Source: an uncultured Nitrospiraceae bacterium
GTDB taxonomy: Bacteria > Nitrospirota > Thermodesulfovibrionia > Thermodesulfovibrionales > SM23-35
Reading direction: 5' to 3'
Length of the DNA stretch: 64,000 bases
Assembly: GCA_963727775.1 (NCBI GenBank)
Contig: CAVSHB010000004.1
Span: 1 to 64,000 of the forward strand
The position numbers and the translations under genes were made by a program. Positions 1 to 9,073 of this stretch are shown piece by piece. How positions within the stretch are numbered: position 1 is the first letter of the stretch; every line of letters starts with the position of its first letter. The notes under the pieces are model-generated. The model did no database searches. It was not told the origin of the DNA and was given only the letters and a program-made list of their open reading frames with translations.

Positions 1-44
1 GTAAATGAACCCCAAACCTAACTGTATCAAGCGCTTACAGCATT

Positions 45-107
45 TACTTTGGATAATATTTTACTTTTGATAAGGCGGATTATCCAAAGCTTTGGATAAT
101 CCGCCTT
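45..107. repeat. Perfect 36-bp palindrome (72-107) plus repeated (A/C)TTATC(C/A)AAAG boxes; probable end of a tyrosine-recombinase (RIT-like) element running off the left edge
   Basis: AAGGCGGATTATCCAAAG|CTTTGGATAATCCGCCTT is self-complementary. CTTTGGATAAT recurs at 47-57. The intron RT loses homology exactly here. Confidence 0.55.
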
Positions 108-675
108 GAGGAGTTCCGCAAGTCCGTTCCAGAAGATGGCCCTCTTCATCTTGCATGGGGGCCTTGAGCCATCGCTCAATATACAGCAGCACCCATGAAA
201 TTTGACAATGTTTACGAACCGCTCGCATAAGGAGATCATGGTCGATATTGTCGAAGAGACCCTTGATGTCGAACTCAACAACCCAGTCGTATTCCCAGCT
301 TCTCCGTCTTACTACAGCAACCGCATCAAGGGCTGAATACCCCGGTCGGTATCCGAAGGAGTTTCGGTGAAACATGGGTTCGAGCATCGGCTCCAAGACA
401 AGTTTGACCACAGTTTGAGCGATCCGGTCAGCTACCGTGGGCACACCAAGCATGCGTACCCCTCCTGATTTCTTCGGAATCGGCACCCCTTTGACCGGCG
501 GCGGAAAATAACTGCCGGAACAAAGCCGATTCCAGAGCTTATACAGGTTATCACGAAGCCGACTCTCAAATTCTTCGATCGACTCCAAGTCTACGCCTGC
601 TGCCCCACCATTTGCCTTAACACACTGATACGCTTCCCACACAAGAGTCTTGGGAATGCTATACGCCTTTGTCAT
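61..675 (-). pseudogene. ltrA: Group II intron reverse transcriptase/maturase, C-terminally truncated before YADD
   Basis: KANGGAAGVD, IPKKSGGVRMLGVPTVADRIAQ, SFGYRPG, EFDIKGLFDNIDH and GTPQGG are present, then abrupt divergence and a stop. Likely start is MTKAYSIP at 675. Confidence 0.9.
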
Positions 676-1190
676 GCTAATCGGTTCCTCCTGCCTGAGC
701 AGTTGACTGATAAACATAACTGAATAACGCGACCCCTTCGCTCCGTCCCCATTACAGGGACTTCACCGCTACTACAGGTCGCTCCGCCCCTTGACGGCTC
801 ATCGGTACTATCGGCCTCACTATTTGCGTTTGTGCCTTTCCCTTTGCATCGCCGCCGAAGGTTCCCGCAGTTCAACATAAGAGCCAAAACCAAGCTGACG
901 CTGCCTCTATGCCGGACACCACCCGCCCCGTAAGCAGGTATCGGACAGGCTTATCCTGGATTAACATAACCCCTCCAGTTTCGATGTCATCTGAGCACTT
1001 TCGACACTTGAACGGCAGTTCACTGTTGTTCGTCTTCTTTGGTTCACACCTGATGCCTAATGGCACCTTTTCCGTAACGCTCACGACCAAGGCTTTTGAC
1101 CCAAGCCGCTTACGGTGGTTTGCAACCTGCTCCTGCAAGCCGATTGCGAGGGACCTACCCTCATCTCTTATGCCGCTTTCTGCGGCACAC
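100..1190 (-). mobile_element. Group II intron (bacterial class D/RmInt1-like), 5' part only, 3' end lost
   Basis: Minus strand begins GTGTGCCGCAG at 1190 (GUGYG consensus), followed by about 510 nt of structured RNA and then the RT ORF. An EBS1-like loop (963-969) is complementary to the last 7 nt of the 5' exon. Confidence 0.88.
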
Positions 1191-1554
1191 TTATATCGGT
1201 TGCCCAAACGTGGTTGGCGCGGTTAATCTCCAGCTCCCGCAGGAGATAGGGATAAATTTTGTGCTCCGGATTCGGTTTCGACAGCCTGGGTTTCGGGTAT
1301 AAGGCCCTGATGCCCATCTTCTTCATCAAGGTGCTGACATGGCTGCGTCCTACGTCATGTCCGAGGTCCCGAAGTTCATTGCGTATCCGCCGAATGCCGT
1401 AAAACGGATACTTCAGGTGGATCTCATCGATCAGAAGTATAAGTTCCACATCCCGCTTGCTGGTCGGAACCGCCTCGTAGTACAGGCTCGATCGGGATAG
1501 CTCAAGTATCCGGCTTTGCCGCGTCAGCGGTAAGGTATGCTCAGGGTCGATCAT
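1191..1554 (-). pseudogene. IS3-family transposase OrfB, N-terminal part (interrupted)
   Basis: LSRSSLYY, PFYGIRRI, HKIYPYLLR and NHVWATDI, then intron sequence. Confidence 0.88.
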
Positions 1555-1853
1555 TTCCTTGCGCTCGGCTCGGCTATCCGCCCGAGCGCGATTGATAAAA
1601 AATCGTTCTCCATGGCGAGTTGTCCTATCTTGGCGTGGAGCTCCTTAACACTCGATCCTTCTTCCGTCTTCTTATCCCTGGAAAACACTTCTGCTGCCCG
1701 CTCCAAAAGCTGTTTCTTCCACTCAGTGATCTGGTTAGGATGCACTTCGAAGCGCTCCGCCAATTCAACTATCGTCTGTTCTCCCTTGATTGCTTCCAGT
1801 GCTACCTTTGCCTTGAATGCCGCTCCGTGGTTCCTTCTCGGTCTCTTTGCCAT
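1551..1853 (-). CDS. IS3-family transposase OrfA (HTH)
   Basis: [46 protein letters not shown]6 run near its 3' end is a possible -1 frameshift site. Confidence 0.9.
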   Translation of the reverse strand: MAKRPRRNHGAAFKAKVALEAIKGEQTIVELAERFEVHPNQITEWKKQLLERAAEVFSRDKKTEEGSSVKELHAKIGQLAMENDFLSIALGRIAEPSARK

Positions 1854-2380
1854 CTTAGCTGCTCCTTTTTCCTTTCTGCAGGGTCAAACGGCAAAATAGG
1901 CTTCGCCATTTGCCCTATACGGGGCAATCAGACAATGTCTCGATCTCTGATACCCCTGCGTTTTAGTTTAGAGCAGTTTTACCACTTATGTCTCTGTCCA
2001 GTTTTTCCCGGCCAGCTCTAACAAACCTACCATCTTTGTTACGGTGCATACTAAGCAGGTTCCTTTATTTACTCACGATAGGCAACCTTTCGTAGGGGTA
2101 TCCACACAATTTTTGAATAATTATGCATTCATAATTCTTTCACATTTCCTTCGACAGTTCTTCATATTCTTTCTGTAAACTTAAACATAGAAAATAACTT
2201 TCTTCATTTTTTAGGCAGCCAGTACCCCTCCTACTGGCTGCCAACCTCCAAAGCAAAAAATACGAGATGTTTTTCTGAAGCTGCCAACCCAATTGAATTG
2301 ACCTAAAAATAAATGTATGTTTTAACCTATAATTAAGTTCTGTATATGAAAGAAGAGATTATGCAAAAGCAAAGGTTGAA

Positions 2381-2734
2381 ATGAAAACTTTCAAAGTTTT
2401 TAAGCATTCTGCCCTTGGTTATCGAGCTGTGAAGGTTGGATTCTCATGGCCGGGGTTCTTATTTTCTGTCATTTGGCTCTTAATAAAGAAGCTTTGGGGG
2501 CATGCACTTATCTTTATATCCATCATCATTCTGCTCGCTTTAATCGAACTGTTTTTTGATAACACACAAACCTCTGTAATGGTACTTCTATTAGAGTTTG
2601 GCGTTTATATTTTTGTTGGAATCAATTGTAACGGATGGTGTGTGACCAATTTACAAGAGCATGGTTTCGAACTTGTAAATACATTGCAGGCGGAGACACC
2701 TGATGCAGCAATCGGTAAAATAGCTAAAGCGTGA
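2381..2734 (+). CDS. DUF2628-like small membrane protein
   Basis: AVKVGFSWPGFLFSVIW motif, two TM segments, C-terminal GFELV..LQAETPDAAI. Confidence 0.7.
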   Translation: MKTFKVFKHSALGYRAVKVGFSWPGFLFSVIWLLIKKLWGHALIFISIIILLALIELFFDNTQTSVMVLLLEFGVYIFVGINCNGWCVTNLQEHGFELVNTLQAETPDAAIGKIAKA

Positions 2735-2770
2735 GGTTAAGAGATAGAGATTCCTCCCCTGAATAACGAA

Positions 2771-4078
2771 TTACTCCGCTGGACTCCGCTTCGCTCTTAC
2801 GAGGTCCGTGAATATATCTTTTATGCTCTGATATCTGTCTTCTCTAACTTTCCGCAGGCACCGAATCACGATATCATCGAGCCACTCGGGAACATCTTCC
2901 ACAGTATCAATAACACTGATCGAGCCCAAACCATTGAGGCTGCCGGTCAGCATTTCATAGAGAATGACACCTGCTGAATAGATATCAGCCCTTTCATCCA
3001 GATCAACTTCCTTCAAAATTTCCGGCGGGATATAATCCGGAGATTGTGTTCTTTTCAGAAATGATATGTCATTCTTTGCATCAATAATTATATTGTCCGG
3101 ATTTAGGATACCGAAAAGCCAGCCATCCTTATATGCTCTCTGCAAACTTTTAAGGATCTGTACCCAGAGCTTCAAACTGTATCGTGGCTCGATTCTGCCC
3201 TTCCGGATAAAGCTTCTGAGGGTTGTCTGCCCTTCAGGAATTTGCACTTCCGGAGAAGGTGGCATCATAAGGGCCTTAAGTCTGTCGTTCACATCTCTGA
3301 ATACAGGGTTAAGCTTGTTTATCTCCTTAAAAACCTCGACTGCCTTCTCAATTTGTCCTGTGTTCTCAAGCATCAGGGCATAGGAGTAAAAATCCTCAAG
3401 GTTTGAGCTTTCCGGATTTTTATCATAAAGATAAAATCCGAACATCTCCGCAGCCTCTTTCAGCATACCTTTCTGCTTGAGCAATGCCGTAGCTTTCTTA
3501 TATTCTCCAGCTTCTCTTAAAGCCTTCACTGCATAGATTGTTTTTCCTGATTGCTGCATAACTTTTGCCACATCAATTTTCTTCCCAGCCTTATCATAGA
3601 GGGTTGCTGCCTCATCAAACTCGCCTTCCATTAGAGCAACCTCTGCAGCGTCCTCAAGATTTCCGGCCTTTTCATACATTTCTTTAGCTTTATCGCTCAT
3701 CCCCAGGAGGTCATACAGCATCGCAGCCTGTTTATAATCGCCGCCTTTTTCATACAGCACTGCAGCCTTACGGTGATCTTTGAGTGTATCATCATAAATA
3801 TGTGCAGCCGAGACAAATTCACCAGCTTTTTCATGCACTTCGGCTTCTTTCTTAAAGTCCTGCATTACAGTAGTTTTAAGTTTCTTGCCGATGGTTTGCC
3901 TATATATGAATCTGATCAAAAAGAACAGGGCTATGAGAACAGGAATGAGGATGACAACAAAAACGGCAATAAAACCTTTTGATGCTCTTTCTTCAACTGA
4001 ACCTTCTGAGACAGCAAGCTGGACAAATATAGTGTTTAAATTTTGTATCAGAAAATCAAACAATTTGACTCTAATCAA
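2771..4078 (-). CDS. Membrane-anchored TPR/helical-repeat protein with a degenerate Ser/Thr kinase C-lobe
   Basis: TM segment, repeated AA.LYEKAG units, YIPPE, ADIYSAGVILYEMLTG, RCLRK..EDRYQS. TTG at 4078 with upstream GAGG is preferred, because the GTG at 4099 lies in a repeat. Confidence 0.75.
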   Translation of the reverse strand: MIRVKLFDFLIQNLNTIFVQLAVSEGSVEERASKGFIAVFVVILIPVLIALFFLIRFIYRQTIGKKLKTTVMQDFKKEAEVHEKAGEFVSAAHIYDDTLKDHRKAAVLYEKGGDYKQAAMLYDLLGMSDKAKEMYEKAGNLEDAAEVALMEGEFDEAATLYDKAGKKIDVAKVMQQSGKTIYAVKALREAGEYKKATALLKQKGMLKEAAEMFGFYLYDKNPESSNLEDFYSYALMLENTGQIEKAVEVFKEINKLNPVFRDVNDRLKALMMPPSPEVQIPEGQTTLRSFIRKGRIEPRYSLKLWVQILKSLQRAYKDGWLFGILNPDNIIIDAKNDISFLKRTQSPDYIPPEILKEVDLDERADIYSAGVILYEMLTGSLNGLGSISVIDTVEDVPEWLDDIVIRCLRKVREDRYQSIKDIFTDLVRAKRSPAE

Positions 4079-4087
4079 AGCATTACC

Positions 4088-4150
4088 TCTAACCCACACT
4101 ATTCATAAGATTGCCGACAGATGCAGTATTTGTCGGCACCTGCATATTTG
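4088..4150. repeat. Short (internally deleted) copy of the MITE-like repeat at 17801-17965
   Basis: TCTAACCCA.ACT.TT..TAAGATTGCCGACAGATGCAGTATTT is shared with 17801-17844. Hairpin TGCCGACA/TGTCGGCA. Confidence 0.7.
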
Positions 4151-4246
4151 TAAGCTAACTCTCTTTTCCGTGCCGTATATTATCATATTTCAACAAAGAT
4201 CTACCCGTCTTTGTGATATAATTTTATACAGTACAACTGGCACGAA

Positions 4247-4969
4247 ATGATAATCAGACAGGAAAAACCGGCAAATCTGGATTTCATTAATAAACTTCGG
4301 GCGGTCGTCGGCCTATCGATAATCGTGATTTTATTATCGGCATTTTTTGCCATATCAACTGGTAACACTCTTGTGTTTCCCGGGCGTACAATGTCAGCTT
4401 CGTATTCAACTGATGAAACACCTCCACCATTAAAAAACTTTCATGGATATAAAGATCAAAGTCTATCGGCAGGCAAATTCTTAGTCGCAAGTGAAAAAAT
4501 AAGAGATCCGCGTTTTGCGAATACAGTTATTTTACTGGTCAATTATGACTTCCGAGGCACTGTCGGGTTAATCATCAACCGGCCTACCGAGACAAAACTT
4601 TCTCAAGTATTGCCGAACGTCAAAGGGATTGAAAAAGCGCCTGACAATTTGTATCTCGGCGGGCCCGTTGCTTTTAACCAGATAACTATGATCATTCAAT
4701 CTCAGTGCAAGCCGGAGAACTCCGAAAAGGTATTCGATGATATATACATTAGCAAGAGCATCACCCTACTGGAACAAATAATAGAGAATCAAAAGCCTGA
4801 TCAAAGGTTCCGTCTTTACATCGGTTATGCCGGATGGGGCCCTGGCCAACTCGAATCCGAAATTGCAAGGAATGACTGGCTTATTCTGAAAAGCGACCCG
4901 GATATTCTTTTCGATAAGTCGCCGGACAAAATCTGGCAGAGGTTTGTTCCCCAGAATATTAGCATTTAA
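4247..4969 (+). CDS. YqgE/AlgH (DUF179) family protein with N-terminal signal/TM extension
   Basis: GKFLVA...DPRFANTVILL, GLIINRP, LYLGGPV, FRLYIGYAGWGPGQLESEI...W. Confidence 0.85.
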   Translation: MIIRQEKPANLDFINKLRAVVGLSIIVILLSAFFAISTGNTLVFPGRTMSASYSTDETPPPLKNFHGYKDQSLSAGKFLVASEKIRDPRFANTVILLVNYDFRGTVGLIINRPTETKLSQVLPNVKGIEKAPDNLYLGGPVAFNQITMIIQSQCKPENSEKVFDDIYISKSITLLEQIIENQKPDQRFRLYIGYAGWGPGQLESEIARNDWLILKSDPDILFDKSPDKIWQRFVPQNISI

Positions 4970-5148
4970 GTCCGGAACAGCAGAGAACTGGAAATAGGTT
5001 CCATAGTATCTCCCGGATATTTTACGAGAGCAGCGTTTCCGTCCTGCTCTGTAACGACCTCCCAAAGAAACAGAAATTGTGCGGAGTACGAACGTTAATC
5101 GAGATGGGGATATGAAAAAGGTCGAGGAAAGAGAGAGGGAGATAAGGA

Positions 5149-6222
5149 ATGTGTCCTTTAATGTCTATGAAAGCTGAAACGAACGTGCAAAGACAGTCGC
5201 AAGCGATACATATCCGCAATCTGAGGATCGATCCGCCGCTTCTGCTTGCGCCGATGGCGGGCCTTACCCACAGCGCCCTCCGGCGGATTATGATCGGCTT
5301 CGGCGGGGTCGGCCTGTTGTCGACCGAAATGCTCTCGGCAAAAAGACTGCCAACTGAAAATCCCCGCATCTCCCCATATCTGATCAGAACCGACAGGGAA
5401 AGCCCATTGTCCTATCAGCTCCTGACTTCCACTGACAAAGAGATAGGCCGGGCCATTGATGCGCTTCATGCATTTAAGGCTGACGCTGTTGATTTGAACA
5501 TGGGCTGCCCAGCGCGGGCGGTCGGCAAGTTCGGCGCGGGCGGCATGCTGATGGAACGACCGGATGAGGCTCGCCGCATCGTGGTCGAGGCCAGAAAGCG
5601 CACCGCCTTGCCCCTGAGTGCGAAAATTCGTCTCGGCAGCGACGCCGACAGCGGGAAATTAAAGACGTTCTGCTCCATGCTCGAAGGTGAGGGCGTTGAT
5701 ATGCTTACGGTGCACGCCCGGTTCAAACATGAGCCCTTTGCAAGAAATCCGCGCTGGGCATATATAGCCGAAATAAAGGAATGCATTAAAATACCTGTCA
5801 TCGCCAATGGAGGAATTTTCTCGGTAGAAGACGCGGAAAGATGCCTGAGAGTATCAGGCGCCGACGGATTGACGCTCGGACGGGGGGCGGTGATAAGACC
5901 CTGGCTCTTCGCCGAAATTACCAGAAGTGTATTTGGCGGCGATATCACAGAGCGCGTAGTGTCGCTGCCGGATGTTTACGCGGCCTTTCTCGAAGCTTTG
6001 AACGCGGATTATCGCCCCATATACCGCTTGGGCAGGCTGAAGGAATTTACCCACTACTTCGCCCGGAACTATAAATTCGGACACTCTTTGGCGACCAAGA
6101 TCCAGTCAAGCAGCAGCATGGATGAAGCAAGGGAACGGTCCGGGACGTTCTTTGCGAACAATAGTATGGAGAGCATGGCCGCTACAGGGGCCAGAGTTGG
6201 CGATAACGAAAGCATTGGGTAA
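5149..6222 (+). CDS. tRNA-dihydrouridine synthase family protein
   Basis: LLAPMAG, DLNMGCP, GAGGMLM, SAKIRLG, TVHAR, PVIANGGI, LGRGAVIRPWLF. Confidence 0.88.
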   Translation: MCPLMSMKAETNVQRQSQAIHIRNLRIDPPLLLAPMAGLTHSALRRIMIGFGGVGLLSTEMLSAKRLPTENPRISPYLIRTDRESPLSYQLLTSTDKEIGRAIDALHAFKADAVDLNMGCPARAVGKFGAGGMLMERPDEARRIVVEARKRTALPLSAKIRLGSDADSGKLKTFCSMLEGEGVDMLTVHARFKHEPFARNPRWAYIAEIKECIKIPVIANGGIFSVEDAERCLRVSGADGLTLGRGAVIRPWLFAEITRSVFGGDITERVVSLPDVYAAFLEALNADYRPIYRLGRLKEFTHYFARNYKFGHSLATKIQSSSSMDEARERSGTFFANNSMESMAATGARVGDNESIG

Positions 6223-6269
6223 CCGCTTGTGTAAGGATTCAGAATGAGAAGTTGACAAAAATCCTATGT

Positions 6270-6431
6270 TATACCGAATCGGTTTTTAGTCCTTATTACC
6301 ACAATATACCGAATGCCGCCTGATAAAACATGTTGATATTATTAAATTCTTAACTTTTTGTTACTTTTCAGATGTGCTATAATTTCGCCATAAAACCAAA
6401 AAATAAGGTATCGGTATAATCATTGTTCTGC
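6270..6431 (+). other. Putative attI-like site
   Basis: Direct repeats TATACCGAAT (6270-6279, 6305-6314) and inverted TCGGTATA (6411-6418), then GTTCTGC at 6425, directly upstream of the attC array. Confidence 0.35.
6375..6383 (+). promoter_or_regulatory. Extended -10 promoter (TGcTATAAT) facing the cassette array, candidate Pc
   Basis: Consensus TGnTATAAT about 40 bp upstream of the putative attI crossover GTT. Confidence 0.4.
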
Positions 6432-6443
6432 ATGATATACAAG

Positions 6444-7008
6444 TGAAGAACCCTGCGGCAGAGACCGCAGGGCGTCAGAAGTCAAACAACCTCAACTGCC
6501 CAACATCCTTCTCTCTGCCTTGGTTCTTTATGTATTTCTCAATCACTCCTTTATTCCCTTTACCGCTGATCGTTGCTATGTAGTACCCGTCTGTCCAGAA
6601 CTCACCACCCCAAAGTTCTTTTTTTACCTCGGGGGCCTCTTCATATACTCTTTTCCCACTTATACTCTTTATTATCTTGATCACCTCCCCCCCAGAATAC
6701 TTCGATAAATATCGACACAGAATATGCACATGGTTTCGATCAAATCCAACTGTATTGATCTCTATCGCATACCTTTCTTTCAATCCTTTCAGCGCTCCAA
6801 CTATAGCCCCTTCTACTTCTTTACTCAAAAGTGACTTGCGGTATTTCACCGTTATTTGAATGTGATAGTAACACTCCGATATATTGTGATACCATCGCCA
6901 TATATCGTCGTCAAGAGTTACCATCGTCTCTTTATTCTATCAGTCTACAGGTCTTTCCCTCCATTTACTCTACATACATCGGATCCTGCGGCAGAGACCG
7001 CAGGGTGT
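6444..7008 (-). mobile_element. IS200-type element (TnpA only, no TnpB)
   Basis: Identical hairpins CCTGCGG-CAGAGA-CCGCAGG at 6452-6471 and 6985-7004. TTGAT lies 5' of the left end and TTCA at the right end (minus strand). Confidence 0.85.
6475..6924 (-). CDS. tnpA: IS200/IS605 Y1 transposase
   Basis: YHIQITVKYRK, HUH motif NHVHIL, ELWGGEFWTDGYYIAT, YIKNQ. Confidence 0.93.
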   Translation of the reverse strand: MVTLDDDIWRWYHNISECYYHIQITVKYRKSLLSKEVEGAIVGALKGLKERYAIEINTVGFDRNHVHILCRYLSKYSGGEVIKIIKSISGKRVYEEAPEVKKELWGGEFWTDGYYIATISGKGNKGVIEKYIKNQGREKDVGQLRLFDF

Positions 7009-7026
7009 ATCAATTATAAACTGATG

Positions 7027-7117
7027 GGTTAACAACAGCATCCAGCCGACAGGGGATAACGCTTTTTTGTTTTCAGTCTTAGCTTGATGGCCCGGCGGCT
7101 GATGCTGGTCGTTAGGC
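7027..7117 (+). other. attC site 1 (91 bp)
   Basis: R'' GGTTAAC, arms CAGCATCCAGCCG/CGGCTGATGCTG with an extrahelical base, R' GTTAGGC. Confidence 0.85.
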
Positions 7118-7136
7118 GTCAAAAAGAATAACGAAT

Positions 7137-8024
7137 ATGATCGAAAATAAGAAAACAGATTTACCACCAAAACTTCAAAGTCTTTATAAGACTCGCGAAC
7201 AAAATGCGCTATCGTTCGTCGATAAAAATGATTATAGCGCAGCAGAACGAGAGTATAGAACTTTACTTTCTGAGTTCCTTGCGGCCCAAGGAGCAGCCAC
7301 AAGATACCACAAAGGAGGTATTTATCATCAAATAGGATATTGTTTGTTCTTACAGGAAAAAACTGCGGATGCTTTGAACTATTTCAAGTATGCATTTATC
7401 GAAGACTGCATTAGCGACATCGATTTCGCAAATCTCCCGGCCTATTCTAACTTGCATAATTATTTTAGAATCAGCGCAATAGAACTCGATAATCTAGCAC
7501 AGAGAATAAAAGTCGATACAGATAACAACAACCCGCTAATTTTAAATGCTGAAAGTTATCTCAACGACTATCCTGAAAAAGGGTACGAACTGGGTTCACC
7601 AACAATAGAGAAAAACAAACGAGTCTTCGTAGGTGGCAGTTATAAGAATATTGCCATTCTTAGGTATATTGGGGATAGCGTTCGTGAATGCGATTTCAGC
7701 CCGATGCTGCCAATAGACTTCGAAGTATCCCATGATAAATCTATCTATCCAGATGCCATGTCACTTTTACACAATTGTGGGAGTGCAATTTTTGAAGTTA
7801 CATTTGATTCAGGTCACTTAATGGAAATTGAAAGGGCAAGAAATTATAAATTGTTTCCGAACGAAAATATATTACTCTTATTTCAAAAAAGAAACAATGA
7901 TAGTGAATCTTATGTCACAAAAATGTTATTAGGTGTTGGAATAATACCAGTGGGCTACATGAAGATTGAAGAAATACCGGAACTGGTTAAAGATTTTCTT
8001 GGAAAAATCAGACGGGACATTTGA
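7137..8024 (+). CDS. Gene cassette: TPR-like N-terminus fused to a nucleoside 2-deoxyribosyltransferase/TIR-like domain
   Basis: Lies between GTTAGGC and the complementary GCCTAAC. Helical YHQIGYCLFLQEK..DALNYFKYA, then RVFVGGSY...CGSAIFEVTFDSGHLMEIERA. Confidence 0.65.
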   Translation: MIENKKTDLPPKLQSLYKTREQNALSFVDKNDYSAAEREYRTLLSEFLAAQGAATRYHKGGIYHQIGYCLFLQEKTADALNYFKYAFIEDCISDIDFANLPAYSNLHNYFRISAIELDNLAQRIKVDTDNNNPLILNAESYLNDYPEKGYELGSPTIEKNKRVFVGGSYKNIAILRYIGDSVRECDFSPMLPIDFEVSHDKSIYPDAMSLLHNCGSAIFEVTFDSGHLMEIERARNYKLFPNENILLLFQKRNNDSESYVTKMLLGVGIIPVGYMKIEEIPELVKDFLGKIRRDI

Positions 8025-8040
8025 GACGACACACGAGCAC

Positions 8041-8131
8041 GCCTAACCCAGCGTTCAAGGCGACAGGGATTAAACGTTTTTTGTTTTCGTTCAAGCCTCT
8101 GTGCCCCTGCGCCTTAACTTTATCGTTAGAT
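8041..8131 (+). other. attC site 2 (91 bp)
   Basis: R'' GCCTAAC, GTTCAAGGCGACAGGG/CCCTGCGCCTTAAC arms, R' GTTAGAT. T-rich centre shared with attC1. Confidence 0.9.
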
Positions 8132-8141
8132 TGGAGTAATA

Positions 8142-8669
8142 ATGAATAAATTGCTATCTTGCCTTCTTTTGTTATTTGCCTTCTCAGCTCATGCAGGAGA
8201 ACTGGCATCTGAGAAGCCGATACCGGAACAGGAGAAGAAGAGAGTTGCTGGGGTACTCAAAGATGTGTTAAGTGATAAGACCATCACACAACGCCAGTAC
8301 CAACAAGCAATGGTTTGGTTAAACTCCACACCCTGTAATGGTGTTGATCGCAGCCTGAGTGAATCCAGCAAAAAAGAACTCGCATCCGCAATTTTAAAAC
8401 AAGAGGGATTAGAACGTGTGGATGTCTTGCAATCGTTCAAAAGCGATGGATGGACCATTGTGTACGTAAATACCTATATTTCAGACGAACCTTACCTTTT
8501 CTATTCAGGTAACCCAGCAATGGCGAAACGCCCCATAACGGCATGGAGCGGTGTGGCCTTTGTTTTCGAAACGAGCAAGATCAAGGACTGGGTATTGAAA
8601 AATGCCCCTGGCATTTCTGATCGGTTAGCAAGCTGTTTCGCGTGGCATGTCACTCTGAATCGAGATTGA
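8142..8669 (+). CDS. Gene cassette: secreted hypothetical protein
   Basis: Sec signal MNKLLSCLLLLFAFSAHA, GGAG RBS just after R', two Cys in the mature part. Confidence 0.75.
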   Translation: MNKLLSCLLLLFAFSAHAGELASEKPIPEQEKKRVAGVLKDVLSDKTITQRQYQQAMVWLNSTPCNGVDRSLSESSKKELASAILKQEGLERVDVLQSFKSDGWTIVYVNTYISDEPYLFYSGNPAMAKRPITAWSGVAFVFETSKIKDWVLKNAPGISDRLASCFAWHVTLNRD

Positions 8670-8693
8670 GTCGCTAGTGAAACTCAATGATGA

Positions 8694-8755
8694 TTCTAAC
8701 AAGGCGGATTCACAGCGACGCGCCAGAAGGCGGCGCGTGACCCGCGTCGTTAACC
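8694..8755 (+). other. attC site 3 (62 bp)
   Basis: R'' TTCTAAC, GCGGATTCAC..GCGCC/GGCGCGTGACCCGC arms, R' GTTAACC. Confidence 0.8.
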
Positions 8756-9073
8756 AGCATGAAAATTAATAAAAGGCAAGTGGCATGATCAAAACTATCA
8801 GTGATTTACTCCAAGGACTGAAGAAGATCGAGGAACAGCGCATAGCCTCTTTCATGCCTATACCTCACGCGCCTACTATTGGTGCAATGTATGAGGGTGC
8901 AACACGGACTCTTCTCGATAAAGCACTTTTTGATGGCTTGAATCTCACAATCAGTAATGGCTTTATCAGAAACAGCAAGAATGAGCTAAGCAGGCAAATT
9001 GATTGTATGGTCGCCATTGGAACGGGCACAAAAATTCCCAATACGGATAATTACGTTTATGACGTTTCAGATG

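Larger units (their letters stand above)
1191..2020 (-). mobile_element. IS3-family insertion sequence, left part, interrupted by the group II intron
   Basis: orfA/orfB pair. IRL-like TAGAGCTGGCCGGGAAAAACTGGACA near 2020. orfB is broken at the WATDI motif. Confidence 0.85.

Noticed and set aside
2215..2245. GGCAGCCAGTA/TACTGGCTGCC hairpin as a terminator or ncRNA
   Set aside because: The hairpin is real, but no intact gene ends next to it and there is no proper U-tract; probably a remnant whose function cannot be supported.
6252..6280. TTGACA as a sigma70 -35 element
   Set aside because: No -10 hexamer at 16-18 bp spacing.
6444..7008. TnpB/omega-RNA system with the IS200 element
   Set aside because: The element is about 565 bp, with room only for tnpA.
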